This document shows positions 18,549-28,799 of a stretch of 64,000 nucleotides of DNA, piece by piece. The stretch is from a virus: IMG/VR virus record IMGVR_UViG_3300031578_000001; one strand, given 5' to 3'. A program made the position numbers and the translations under genes. Every line of letters begins with the position of its first letter. The first letter of the stretch is position 1. Below the pieces are notes generated by a model. That model did no database searches, was not told the origin of the DNA, and worked only from the letters and a program-made list of their open reading frames with translations.

Positions 18549-18622
18549 GCCGTACTCCGTTTTTGATGGCCTTCGGATCGGTGGATGGTATACTTTCTCA
18601 AGGAGCAGGAAGAGGAGGATTC

Positions 18623-19315
18623 ATGCCGGACAAAGAGGTTCAAGTCGGTCCACATCGGGAAACGCCGACGGGTTCCTTCACGGGAGCCCACGCTCTCGAT
18701 CGTATCGAACGCGAACGAGCCGAGAAGGCCATCGAGGAGGGAAAGCGCAAGGCCGAAGCAGGCAAGGAGGTGGAGGAGGAGAAGGACGAGCGGGATAAGG
18801 AGATTGACAAACTGCTCCCTGCGAAGATCACATCCTCCATCGGCCCCATGGCATTCGACTCATTCAAGAAGTGGTACTCCTCGATCTGGGATCAGGTCGT
18901 GAGCAAGGAGCATCTCGCCAGAGGTTTCTGCACGATGACTCGGGACATCTCGGGAATCTCCGTCGTCTTCAGGACGTTCAGATCAAAGGAGATGCGCATC
19001 ATCAACTCCTTCTCTCCTGTGTCGAATCCGGACTCCAATTTCGGGAAGTACCTCGAGGAGGACGCTGCCTATCGCGCTATCCAGATCGTTTTCGGTATCA
19101 CTGAGTTTGACGGGAAGACGGTGCCGCAAATTGGCTTTCCCACGGGCGATCTTCAGGCCTGGAGGGAGGGCGCGGACCTTAAAGCCAGGCTTGACTGGGT
19201 CGATACACTTCCCGAGGAGATGGTGTCTGTCATGAACGCGATTCTCGCCGACGTGACGATCGCTTACAGGCTGGCTCTGAGGGAGAACTTAAAAAACCAA
19301 TTAGCACCTCTTTAG
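18623..19315 (+). CDS. Putative tail assembly chaperone / baseplate assembly protein
   Basis: RBS gaggagg; VVFRTF.S.E pattern; lies upstream of the tape measure gene. Confidence 0.45.
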   Translation: MPDKEVQVGPHRETPTGSFTGAHALDRIERERAEKAIEEGKRKAEAGKEVEEEKDERDKEIDKLLPAKITSSIGPMAFDSFKKWYSSIWDQVVSKEHLARGFCTMTRDISGISVVFRTFRSKEMRIINSFSPVSNPDSNFGKYLEEDAAYRAIQIVFGITEFDGKTVPQIGFPTGDLQAWREGADLKARLDWVDTLPEEMVSVMNAILADVTIAYRLALRENLKNQLAPL

Positions 19316-19347
19316 CATTCCTGAGGGCCAGGCTTATAGCTAAGGGG

Positions 19348-19641
19348 GTGCATCTTTCAGAGTATGATCTCCTCGAGCAGGTCGATCTCATCGAGGCCGA
19401 GAGGCGAGACCTGTTCATAGATTTCGGAAGGGAAGCGATCAAGGTCCTGTCGACGGCGAAGGATCATGATCATGCGATGTCTCTCATAGGCCACCTCAGG
19501 AAGATTTTCTTCGTGGATGAGGGCCAGAAAGACCATGAGAAGATTTCCAAGCAGGCCGATGAACTCATCAGGATGGGTAGCCTGACTTACACAATCGAGC
19601 CCAAGAAGGGCGGAGCATCACTGGTGATCTCGAACAAATGA
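19348..19641 (+). CDS. Hypothetical protein
   Basis: 97-aa ORF in the structural operon. Confidence 0.55.
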   Translation: MHLSEYDLLEQVDLIEAERRDLFIDFGREAIKVLSTAKDHDHAMSLIGHLRKIFFVDEGQKDHEKISKQADELIRMGSLTYTIEPKKGGASLVISNK

Positions 19642-20186
19642 CAGACACCTACTACGCAGCGAACAAGACGCAGCAGTTCTCCGAGATGGTGAAGGAGGGC
19701 GTGCGGAATCTCCGGTCCAGCAAGCTCGTCCCGTACTACGAGGTGCCGGCCGTCTCAGGCGCAGACGCCTCGGCCAGGTATGATGCTTCCGTGACCTTCA
19801 GGTCGAAGAACGGTCTTCCACCAGTCACGGAGTCTTCCTTCTCGTCCCAGATCTCGAGGGGTTTCGGCAAGGACACGTTCATTCAGTTCTTGAACGAGAT
19901 GGGGATTGAATCTCAGGTCGTCATCGATCTGTTCAACGACGATCCTGGTGAACGAATTCCTCAGATCCCAGGTCTCTCGGACCTGATTCACGACCTCGTG
20001 AGGAAGGGGTTCAAAATCGATACCTCGGCTCTCATGAGAACCTTCCCGGGGCTCGACCTGTCGTCGGACCCGGTCCTCCATCTGAGCGAGGAGGATCCGT
20101 CCACGTGGGCGGAAGAGGATTCCGTGGTTGCAGCTCGACTGCGGAAAGCCAAGACCTACGCACGTCTGTATATGCAAGGGGGGTAG
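19638..20186 (+). CDS. Hypothetical protein
   Basis: 182-aa ORF with ATGA overlap. Confidence 0.65.
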   Translation: MTDTYYAANKTQQFSEMVKEGVRNLRSSKLVPYYEVPAVSGADASARYDASVTFRSKNGLPPVTESSFSSQISRGFGKDTFIQFLNEMGIESQVVIDLFNDDPGERIPQIPGLSDLIHDLVRKGFKIDTSALMRTFPGLDLSSDPVLHLSEEDPSTWAEEDSVVAARLRKAKTYARLYMQGG

Positions 20187-20187
20187 C

Positions 20188-20499
20188 ATGAACCGTATGA
20201 TCGTGGGAGTTCTCCTCCTGGCTGTCGTCTGTCTCGCGGCTCAGGGGTGCTTCCTATGCCCGGACAAGATCGACGGAGACCGCCTCCAGCAGGTCAACCA
20301 GGAGTGGTGGGCGATCTACAATTCCCAGCGTCGGATGACCAAGGTCGAGGCCTCGGAGTACGAGGCATTGGCGGACGAGCAGAAACTTGAGTGGCGCAAG
20401 GATGGGAAGCCAACGGATAGGCCCCTTCTCCTTGAGCAGCTCGACGCCGTCACCGATCTCAAGAAGGCGATTGACGAGGAGGCTGAAGCGGCGAAGTAG
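20188..20499 (+). CDS. Lipoprotein (possible spanin/lysis component)
   Basis: Signal peptide MNRMIVGVLLLAVVCLAAQGC with lipobox-like Cys; near the holin. Confidence 0.55.
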   Translation: MNRMIVGVLLLAVVCLAAQGCFLCPDKIDGDRLQQVNQEWWAIYNSQRRMTKVEASEYEALADEQKLEWRKDGKPTDRPLLLEQLDAVTDLKKAIDEEAEAAK

Positions 20500-20528
20500 T
20501 TGCGGTCTCAACCAAAAGGAGGATCTAT

Positions 20529-20990
20529 ATGGACGAGGAGAAACCCGAAGTCGAGGAGAACAAGTTGATCCAGGTGGCAGCCTTGAAGATCCTGGACGGA
20601 CTGACGAAGAAGGGTCTCGACCAGGTGAAAGACGAAAAGGTCAAGGAGTACCTGACCGAGGTCTGGGGCGATCTCAAGGACGAGATCCCGGATCTATTCG
20701 ACGTTCTCGTAGGGGACGGCGAGGTCGTTCTCAGTGGGAAGTACGAGGACGCCACGAAGACGATCATGAAGAAGATCCAGGACGACATCCTGGCCTTCCG
20801 GGCCGGAGGCATGGACGCCATCGACTTCGAGGAGATCGTCAGGATCCGCAGGGCCGCGATCTTCGCCCTCTACAACGCCCAGAAGGCGAGCCAGGCGCAG
20901 CCGAGCCTCCAGTACGTGCTAACGGCGGCGGAGAGCATCGCCACGATTCTCATCACCAAAGGAATCCCCTTCATCTTGGCCCTCCTGTAG
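20529..20990 (+). CDS. Hypothetical protein, hydrophobic C-terminus
   Basis: 153 aa; strong RBS aggagg. Confidence 0.7.
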   Translation: MDEEKPEVEENKLIQVAALKILDGLTKKGLDQVKDEKVKEYLTEVWGDLKDEIPDLFDVLVGDGEVVLSGKYEDATKTIMKKIQDDILAFRAGGMDAIDFEEIVRIRRAAIFALYNAQKASQAQPSLQYVLTAAESIATILITKGIPFILALL

Positions 20991-21025
20991 GGTCTCGGGG
21001 TTTCCGTACATAGGGAGGACCAGAC

Positions 21026-21385
21026 ATGGACTGGAACGAGATCATCCAGACCGCGCTCACGAACTACGTGATCCCCATCGTGTTCCTGATCATCTCCACC
21101 CTGGCCGCCCGCTACCTGATCCCCTGGCTCAAGAAGAAGGAAGCGGAGGCGGACACGGTGCTGAAGAAGACCGCCATCGGCATGGCCATCTCGGCCGTCG
21201 AGCAGCAGAACGAGGCCTGGAAGAAGCAGGACTCCGAAGTCCAGAACGGCGTCCAGAAGAAAGAATCGGCGATCACCAAGGCGTCCAAGGTCCTCGGGAA
21301 TTACGGAGTCAAGATGTCCCCTGAAGACATCGGGGACATGATCGAATCCGTTCTCGGAGAGTCCAAAACCAAGCCGAAAGAATGA
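21026..21385 (+). CDS. Putative holin (LL-H-like)
   Basis: Single N-terminal TM segment; AISAVEQ..G.QKK..A..IESVL pattern. Confidence 0.6.
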   Translation: MDWNEIIQTALTNYVIPIVFLIISTLAARYLIPWLKKKEAEADTVLKKTAIGMAISAVEQQNEAWKKQDSEVQNGVQKKESAITKASKVLGNYGVKMSPEDIGDMIESVLGESKTKPKE

Positions 21386-21408
21386 TCCGGACCGACCCTC
21401 ATCCCACG

Positions 21409-21443
21409 ATCCCCGCAAGCGCAGGCCGCGGGGATTTTTATTT
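21409..21443 (+). terminator. Intrinsic terminator
   Basis: atccccgc/gcggggat stem followed by ttttattt. Confidence 0.7.
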
Positions 21444-21488
21444 AGTCGTTGCCCGCTGTATACTTAATGCAAAATCGAGAGGAATCCG

Positions 21489-24400
21489 ATGCCGGATCCA
21501 CAACTTCGAGATCTCGTAGAAGCGGCGAGGCAGCGTTCCGAGGCCTTTCTACAGCAGTCCCACAACCAGATGCTCCAGAACTTCCAGGAGCATCGGGCCA
21601 TGGCTATTGGGGTCCCTGCTATGGCCGCGGCGGGCGTTGCTGGGGCGGGTCTTGGTGGATCCACACAGCAGGGAACCCCAGCCGGGCGCCTCATGGACAC
21701 CATCACTCAGCTGGTGAGGCGTGGGGCCACGTTCGGGGCCGGGGTGGCAGGAGACGTGGTCCAGCCGGTCTTCAGCGCGGGTCAGGGAGCGGTCCAAGGA
21801 ATTGCGGGTGGTGGCGCTTTCATGTCTGGTGCAGGGGCTTTTGGTCCTGCCGGAGTCGCCGGTGGAAGCTACATGGACATGAACCAGAGGATGGGATTTG
21901 CACAGACCGCATGGACGGCCTTGGGTAAGGACGTTCCCTGGTTCGGCAAATATGCAGGTCAACGTCTTTCGATGACTCGCGAACAAGCAACTCAGATGGC
22001 CCAGGAAGACATATTATACGGAGTATCTGGAGGAGCCAGGAGAGGTGCAGCCGGAGTAGCGAATGCTATCTCATTCGGTTTCTTAAACATGAGTCTGCGT
22101 AGACAAGGACTTCTCATGAGTACCGTCTACGCCGATCGTTTCGCTAAACACATTCAGAATCAGTTCAGATTCGTTACAAAAGAAAATTTGGCCCGGGCTG
22201 GAATGGGAGAGTATGCGGGAGCTTTTGAAACCGGAATCACGCGTGGTGGTGCCACGGCTCTATCGGGTCAGATGGCCCAAGAACTCGGGGGTCTTGAGGC
22301 TGAAATGGGTCTCGCTCCCGAAGAGATCATGACCCTCCAGTCGAGAGCTGCTGGAATGATGGGCATTCAGGGCATCAACAAGATGTTTACCGAGGGAGGA
22401 GGTCGTGACGCAGTAAGTAATCGTTTGAGTAGAACCATGAACCGTCAGACCAGGTCGGTAAAAGATATACAGCAGGGCTTGAACCTGAGCGAGAAAGAGG
22501 CTGAAGAGTTCTTCGATACTATCGGGCAAATGTATGGGACGGCGGACAGGGTCGCCAAGATGGTGAAGCAGACTCAGGTGCATGCGGGCAAGTGGGGAAT
22601 GAACAAGCGCCAGGTCTTCGATATGATGCGCGAATTCGAGGACATGGGAAGGACGATGGCCATAGGTCAGGAGGAGACTGGAAGAGTCGGAATGGATTAT
22701 GCCGGAGCTCTAAGAGCGCAGAGTTATCGTGGTCTGATGACTCGACAGGAGCTGATGAGATTCGGAGGCCGTACCGAGGAAGAGGCTCTACAACGACAGG
22801 TCATGACCAGGTTTCAGAGAAATATACAAATGTACGAAACAGGACGTCTTGGCGGAGCAGGGGTCCTGATGACGCAGAATCGTGGCGCTTTCATGCAGTT
22901 CATGACGGGCCGTATGGATCCCATGGAATTAGCAGGAGAGGTCGGGAGAGTCTACGCCGAGAACCCATGGGCAGGTGCCGCGGCTCGTTTTGATCCGCGA
23001 ACCAGGAGGATGGCTGGAAGACTCGGTGAACTTGTTCAATTCAGAAAAGTGACGGCCCTAAGGCAGTCGGGGATGCTTTTGACCCAGGATGTTAATGCCG
23101 CCATTTCGGAATTCCAAGGTCTCACTGGATTGCAGGATGCTGATGCTGCCCAGGATTTCAGGCGCTTCATGAGAGAGCAGGCGATGTTCGGTCGTGAAGC
23201 TGCCCAGAAATTCGGAAAAGGTGACAATGTCCAGAGAGGGGAGGATCTTCAGAATCTGTTCCATAGGATTCAATCCGAGGACTTGTCACAGCTGGCTTCA
23301 TCAATGTATGGCGGAGATGTATACGAGGCCACTCTTGGGTTCTATGATACGTTGACTAACGGAGGCAAAGACCGGTTGAGATCCGATCTCAATCTTGAAG
23401 ACGAACTTCTCAAAAAATCGTTCGAACAAGTTTCAACTCCAGGCGAGATAGCGGCTGAAATGAGAAAGTCCGATGTGACCGGACTCGGTAAGACCATAGC
23501 CAGATTTGGATCATCTCGTTCTGCTCCTACGAATTTGAACTTTCGCCAGATTGCCAGAGAATCTCAGGGAGCCTTTTCAAAGGACATAAGAACATTTATC
23601 AGTCCTCTCATAAAACGAGGAATAGGGCGTGCCGATCTCAATACGCTCATCTTCGGGGAGGCCTCTTCCGATCTCGGAACCAGAATTACAGTTGGCGAGA
23701 ATAATCTTCTTTTTATGTCGATGAATGAGAATGGAACCTTCAGAATAAGATCGGGAGAAAAGGAAGTTGAGAGTACATCTTTTGGCGATTTGGACAGATC
23801 CTTACGAACTATTCTTCCCGATGTAGATAACGATGTCATCAAAAGAGCTCAGTTCTTGATAGCGACAAGAGTAGCGAAAGGACTTGGAAGTTTGGCGGGT
23901 GGAGGACTCGAGACCGCTCTCGCTGCAATTCAAAAAACGGGCCGGATTATGAGTCCGGCTCGAAGAGCTTATGAGGCGTTGAACTTCCACAGATATAAGG
24001 GATTTGCCGAAACTGTCTTTGGTCCTACAGTCGATAATATGGGATCGTTGACCGAAAAAGCAGCCGATTCCGAGAGAGACACAAAAACATCTAATACGCT
24101 TATGAGACTCGGAGCCACTGGAGTCTATGCCTTCGGTCGTGCGTTCAAGCGGGCCGGGACCGGATTCGGTCTTGAAGATGGATTGGGGAAAGTGGCCGAT
24201 ATATTCGGATCGACCGAAGAAGCCGAAGACAATATACGTAGAGCACTCGAGAGAGCTAACGTACCCGGATGGAGTAATGAGAAAATAGGGAGGGCCTTAA
24301 CCAAAGAGGGAAATGAACGGAGGGAACTCAAACAGGCGATAGTCGGTAGAAATGTAGTTCAGGAAATATTGAATCTCGTGCTGAAAGCCCAGGAGGCCGA

Positions 24401-24491
24401 GAAGCTCGAGGATCCCCTCGGAACTACTAATAGACCGATGATCGTCAAGCCTGAGGGGACAACTTGGGATGCTCTGGTGAAACCCAAATAA
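21489..24491 (+). CDS. Putative tape measure protein
   Basis: 1000 aa, A/G/Q/M-rich and helical; located between chaperone/lysis genes and baseplate genes. Confidence 0.6.
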   Translation: MPDPQLRDLVEAARQRSEAFLQQSHNQMLQNFQEHRAMAIGVPAMAAAGVAGAGLGGSTQQGTPAGRLMDTITQLVRRGATFGAGVAGDVVQPVFSAGQGAVQGIAGGGAFMSGAGAFGPAGVAGGSYMDMNQRMGFAQTAWTALGKDVPWFGKYAGQRLSMTREQATQMAQEDILYGVSGGARRGAAGVANAISFGFLNMSLRRQGLLMSTVYADRFAKHIQNQFRFVTKENLARAGMGEYAGAFETGITRGGATALSGQMAQELGGLEAEMGLAPEEIMTLQSRAAGMMGIQGINKMFTEGGGRDAVSNRLSRTMNRQTRSVKDIQQGLNLSEKEAEEFFDTIGQMYGTADRVAKMVKQTQVHAGKWGMNKRQVFDMMREFEDMGRTMAIGQEETGRVGMDYAGALRAQSYRGLMTRQELMRFGGRTEEEALQRQVMTRFQRNIQMYETGRLGGAGVLMTQNRGAFMQFMTGRMDPMELAGEVGRVYAENPWAGAAARFDPRTRRMAGRLGELVQFRKVTALRQSGMLLTQDVNAAISEFQGLTGLQDADAAQDFRRFMREQAMFGREAAQKFGKGDNVQRGEDLQNLFHRIQSEDLSQLASSMYGGDVYEATLGFYDTLTNGGKDRLRSDLNLEDELLKKSFEQVSTPGEIAAEMRKSDVTGLGKTIARFGSSRSAPTNLNFRQIARESQGAFSKDIRTFISPLIKRGIGRADLNTLIFGEASSDLGTRITVGENNLLFMSMNENGTFRIRSGEKEVESTSFGDLDRSLRTILPDVDNDVIKRAQFLIATRVAKGLGSLAGGGLETALAAIQKTGRIMSPARRAYEALNFHRYKGFAETVFGPTVDNMGSLTEKAADSERDTKTSNTLMRLGATGVYAFGRAFKRAGTGFGLEDGLGKVADIFGSTEEAEDNIRRALERANVPGWSNEKIGRALTKEGNERRELKQAIVGRNVVQEILNLVLKAQEAEKLEDPLGTTNRPMIVKPEGTTWDALVKPK

Positions 24492-24499
24492 GGTGTTGC

Positions 24500-25075
24500 A
24501 TGGTGTTCGATCTAAACTTCATATCTGATGGTATCCAGGAGAGCATGAGCGCGATCGTGGAGACCACCCAGCAGGCAGATCGCGCTCCAGACGTCATGAG
24601 GGCCGGCAACAGGGACGTCTACAACCTACTCGCGACCGAGCAGCATATCGTCAAGGAGTACCTCGATATGCCATCCGTTCTCTCGATCCGGAGAGGACGA
24701 AGGATCATTGCCGCCACCGACCACTTCATTCTCGGGTCAGCGAATGAGTCCGATCAGGAGAGGATGTCTTTCGTTTTCACGTTCGGCGATCCCGTCTTGT
24801 TCGGTGGGATGGGCAGGCGGCCGAGGATCTGGACCTACGCCGGATTCCTAAAGGATTCACTTGTAGGTGGGAAGGGGATCTCAGGCTGGAGAAAGATGTA
24901 CGACGAGTATCTTCGTGGAACGAAGTGCAGGAGAAACGGGGCCATTGCTGATCTCAGGTATAGGGATCAGTGGCGTCTCGGATACATTGTGGCCTCGAGT
25001 ATGACCTACGAGGAGTCGAAGCCACGGGTATCCACGTTCTCATTTTCCATGTTCATCATCGAGTCTATTCCATAA
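24500..25075 (+). CDS. Putative tail/baseplate protein
   Basis: FTFGDPVLFG..RRPRIWTYAGFL; paralog-like to the next gene; position after the tape measure. Confidence 0.5.
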   Translation: MVFDLNFISDGIQESMSAIVETTQQADRAPDVMRAGNRDVYNLLATEQHIVKEYLDMPSVLSIRRGRRIIAATDHFILGSANESDQERMSFVFTFGDPVLFGGMGRRPRIWTYAGFLKDSLVGGKGISGWRKMYDEYLRGTKCRRNGAIADLRYRDQWRLGYIVASSMTYEESKPRVSTFSFSMFIIESIP

Positions 25076-25842
25076 TGGCCAATCTGACACCAGACAGACT
25101 TCCGTCGAGGATGAAGTATTTGACGTCTTCCCAGGACGTTAATGACATCGTCCGTTCGACTATCACGCTGCATAGGCTCCTCGACAACGGACTTCCGGAG
25201 GAGGCTCCTGTCGAAATCGCCGACATGCTCCACATCCAATCCATCTCGGTTCCGGATGAGGAGCGGATTCAAATCTCGGTGGATTCGGCAGACGACGGTA
25301 AGGTCTACATTTTCGGGCGTCAGGCTCGAGTCTACTCGGTCTCGTGTTTCCTTGTGGATAGCAATCAGGACTCCAGGGTCGGGTCCGCTATCGATCAGGC
25401 CTTCGGGGGAAACCTTCTGACCAGATGGCTCGAGTTCTATGAGGACCAGTTCAGGTTTACGAAGTGCCTCGAGAGGGGTTATATCGTCAGAATTCGGTGG
25501 AGGAACTCGGAATACTGGGGATACATTCTCAGCAACGCAAGGACCATCGAGTCCACGAATCCGAGTGTCATTCCGATCAGTTTCACGTTCGCTCATATCT
25601 TCGGCGAAGAGCATATGAACTTCGACGTGCTGGACCCTCAGAATGGGTATCCGTCCTTCCCGGTGATGATCAGTAGGGAGGGCTACCAGCATCTTATGAA
25701 CTATATCGCCACCGACCCATGGATCGGTGAGCCCGCTTCAGCGGTGTCGAGGCATTCGGAAGGGAGGACTTCGGTGCCATCAAACGCCGGTCCAGTGAAT
25801 CCGGACCTCGTTCCAGTGTTCAATGAAGAGGATCTCGGCTGA
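25075..25842 (+). CDS. Putative tail/baseplate protein
   Basis: YIFGRQARVYSVSCFL; TAATG overlap with the previous gene. Confidence 0.5.
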   Translation: MANLTPDRLPSRMKYLTSSQDVNDIVRSTITLHRLLDNGLPEEAPVEIADMLHIQSISVPDEERIQISVDSADDGKVYIFGRQARVYSVSCFLVDSNQDSRVGSAIDQAFGGNLLTRWLEFYEDQFRFTKCLERGYIVRIRWRNSEYWGYILSNARTIESTNPSVIPISFTFAHIFGEEHMNFDVLDPQNGYPSFPVMISREGYQHLMNYIATDPWIGEPASAVSRHSEGRTSVPSNAGPVNPDLVPVFNEEDLG

Positions 25843-28799
25843 TGCCAAAGATCTCAAGAAAGTTCGTTAAGTGGAAGGTAACGCTTGATGGTGTCGAGAT
25901 CCCTTGGAAGACCATTTCTCTTCAGGTCGGGGTTGACTCGCCTGGTCATATTACAATCGACATCGAGAGCGATCCGGTACTCAGGAAACTGAGAGCCGGT
26001 ATGAAGATTCATCTCTGGATGTACGACGACAAGATCGAGGGAGACGATGATCTCGACAAGCTCTTCCTGTTTTGGGAGGGAGATCTCAAGGTCAGTAGCT
26101 ACACCAGGTCTTACGGATCGAGGGTCTACGGTATCGTGGGTATCGGGGAATTTGCCGCATTCGGTCGCAGTAAGCTATTCGCTCACGGATTCGGGACCAT
26201 CTCGAATACCCATCTCGTCTCTGGTTCCGTATTCGTCTCGACGGATTCCACTTCGGCTAAGCAGCTTGTCAACTACACCATGTTCGGAAAAGCATTCGAT
26301 CCGAAGACACCGAACGATATTGGAAAAGAAGTCCCCTTTCGTGACACCAAGAATCCGAACTATTCCGAGAGGCTTCTCAGGCTTCTTTCCTACTTCTCTT
26401 CGTACAATGCCTTGTTCAGGCTCCAGATGGTTAGGTCGAACCTCTTCGGAAAGATCGTTGCTTTCCAAGATGATGCCCTCGGACGTCTTCTGCCGAGGGC
26501 GCTCGCTTCGGATTACTTCAATCAAGGGAACACGAAGTTACCGCCAGAATCCACCATGCTTGACCTCATCGCTATCTTCAACCAGATGATGTTCTATCAC
26601 TTCTCCAGCATGGCTGGTCCGGTCCTTCCAACTGATCTGGTCACGGCGGAGAAGCCCCCATACCTGTACCTTCCTGGCGTCAAAGCGGATGATCATATTT
26701 ATGCTATGCCGAGGAGGTTCTTGAGAAACGACTACATTCTTCTGCCGGAGACCTTTTACGCGATCCCACCGTCGTGCAACATGATCTTTCCGGAGCACAT
26801 GAATCAATTCTCGCTGACGAGAGATCTGTTCTCCGAGCCTACAAGAGCCCTCGTCTCCAATATTCACCTTAACTCACAGCTGTCGGCTGTGGCTCCGGAC
26901 ACGATCTTCAGGTACGCGGACGAGGGCAAAGACTCCGACCCGGCATCGTTCTGGTCTATCAACAAGGACGGCATCAAGGGTGACGGGAAGGTCACGAGCC
27001 CCTACCAGGCGAAATTGGACTCAGGCAAGAGCATCAACCTGTTCGGTGCCGTGAGTGACGAGGAGATCGATCGCGGTATCATCACGACCTCGAGTTATCC
27101 GCCATTTGAGTTCTTTTCAGCCGTGTCTAACGTGTTTGATCTGAAAACCCAGTACGGCAGGAACAGGATCAGGGAGATCGTGGACCGAACCGATAAGATG
27201 GCGGCAAGCGTTATTGAAGGAAGCACCACCCGTGATCGGTCTTTCCTATACATGATGAAGGCAATTGCCGACTACACCTATACGCTCGAGAAGTTCAGGC
27301 GTAACGTGACCATCAGCATCGTTGGGCACAGGTGGATCGTTCCTGGGTTCCCCTGTGTCATCCTGGCCTCGGATGGATCCTACCTCGCGTACGTGAAGGG
27401 GTATGCCCTCAGCATCTCGTCTGACGGCGATGAGATGTCGAACGTGGATCTCGACTTTGTCAGGCCTTTTCCGGAGATCGATTTCTCCTACATCAAGCGT
27501 GTGGAAGAGGCGTCTGAGGAACTGGCAAAGATCGAGGGTGAGACCAAGAAAGCCGAGGGTAAGATTGACGTTCTCGGAGAGGAAGGAGCCAGAGGACTTG
27601 AGGAGTACCTCAAGGGAATGGAGACGATAACGAATGTTATCTACAGCAAGGATAGGGATCTGGACACCGCAACTCGGGGGTATGATCGTCTGAAGTCGGC
27701 AGCTATTAAGGCCTACAAAGCAATTAAATCCGACCCGAATATGTTGGAGAAGACTGGATACTCCAAGAGTGAACTTACAAGAATTGTCGAAAATTTCAAG
27801 AACGTGCGTCCGGGAAGTCGGTACAACCAGGGGACTGTCGATGCTTACGTCGGGGCATATTCTGTAGAGACGCAGATGGCATTCTGCCGCTATGCGAATG
27901 ATATGGTCCAGAGATACGTAGCGGTCTTCAAAGAAACGATGAATACGGCCGTCACGAGTCTCGACTCCAAGAAGATTCCAAATAACCCGTGGATGGGGGA
28001 TCTGACGAAGGATCTAAGAAATGCCGTGTCCCAGGCGAAGTTAGACGACAACGTGCCCTCCGATTTCATGACGCCGCCGATCTTCGGTAATCTCGACCTT
28101 CTATCTGTGGTCAAGGCAGAGGAGATCTACAACGAAATCTTCGGGGCCAAGAAGGCGCTGAGCGGTCTTGTCGAGTCACAAGATATATCTCGCAGTACAC
28201 CGTCCGGAACGTCGGCCAGAGTGATCACCCTGAAGAAGCAGGCCTATACCAGGTTCGCTAATTTTGCCAAGGCTCTGAATCGAGTGTTCCCTGTGACCGG
28301 CAGACAGATGTATGAGGAGGAGGGCCAGGCAGGATCCAGCGAATGGGAGCAGGTGTCGGCGGACACGACGACTGAGAAGTCGGTGCGGGATTGGGCCGAG
28401 GAAAAGTTCATAAAACGCGAGCGTCTCCAAAGTCTCAGGCACTTCCTCAAGGTAAACGGACTCAATCTCGAGAGGCCCATGTCGGAGCCTCCGACTCCGA
28501 TGAGGTTCATGCACTTTGTTCCATCCCAGGTGAAGGAGATCACGTCCCCGATTGGCAATCTCGTCTGGGACGATACCCTATTCAGTAAGATCGTGGACGA
28601 GTTCAACATCAGGAGAAGGGAAGTTCTCGTCCGTGAGGAGAACGGAGACGTCAGAAGGTTGCCCAAGATTTCCGATAGCCAGATCGACCAACTCAGGAAG
28701 TCGGTCAAGGATCCGTTCCTGACCACGAAGGCCCGGCAGTCAATCATTCTTGACTATGCCAGCAGGCACTTCGGTTCGAGGGGATATGGTGGCAGTTGA
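25842..28799 (+). CDS. Putative baseplate hub (late control D/gp27-like) protein
   Basis: 985 aa; KVTLDGVEIPW..I N-terminus; GHRWIVPGFPCVI..AYVKGY. Confidence 0.55.
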   Translation: MPKISRKFVKWKVTLDGVEIPWKTISLQVGVDSPGHITIDIESDPVLRKLRAGMKIHLWMYDDKIEGDDDLDKLFLFWEGDLKVSSYTRSYGSRVYGIVGIGEFAAFGRSKLFAHGFGTISNTHLVSGSVFVSTDSTSAKQLVNYTMFGKAFDPKTPNDIGKEVPFRDTKNPNYSERLLRLLSYFSSYNALFRLQMVRSNLFGKIVAFQDDALGRLLPRALASDYFNQGNTKLPPESTMLDLIAIFNQMMFYHFSSMAGPVLPTDLVTAEKPPYLYLPGVKADDHIYAMPRRFLRNDYILLPETFYAIPPSCNMIFPEHMNQFSLTRDLFSEPTRALVSNIHLNSQLSAVAPDTIFRYADEGKDSDPASFWSINKDGIKGDGKVTSPYQAKLDSGKSINLFGAVSDEEIDRGIITTSSYPPFEFFSAVSNVFDLKTQYGRNRIREIVDRTDKMAASVIEGSTTRDRSFLYMMKAIADYTYTLEKFRRNVTISIVGHRWIVPGFPCVILASDGSYLAYVKGYALSISSDGDEMSNVDLDFVRPFPEIDFSYIKRVEEASEELAKIEGETKKAEGKIDVLGEEGARGLEEYLKGMETITNVIYSKDRDLDTATRGYDRLKSAAIKAYKAIKSDPNMLEKTGYSKSELTRIVENFKNVRPGSRYNQGTVDAYVGAYSVETQMAFCRYANDMVQRYVAVFKETMNTAVTSLDSKKIPNNPWMGDLTKDLRNAVSQAKLDDNVPSDFMTPPIFGNLDLLSVVKAEEIYNEIFGAKKALSGLVESQDISRSTPSGTSARVITLKKQAYTRFANFAKALNRVFPVTGRQMYEEEGQAGSSEWEQVSADTTTEKSVRDWAEEKFIKRERLQSLRHFLKVNGLNLERPMSEPPTPMRFMHFVPSQVKEITSPIGNLVWDDTLFSKIVDEFNIRRREVLVREENGDVRRLPKISDSQIDQLRKSVKDPFLTTKARQSIILDYASRHFGSRGYGGS

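Noticed and set aside
21900-24491. Lower-GC stretch read as a foreign island
   Set aside because: It lies within one continuous tape-measure-like ORF with no boundaries or mobility genes.
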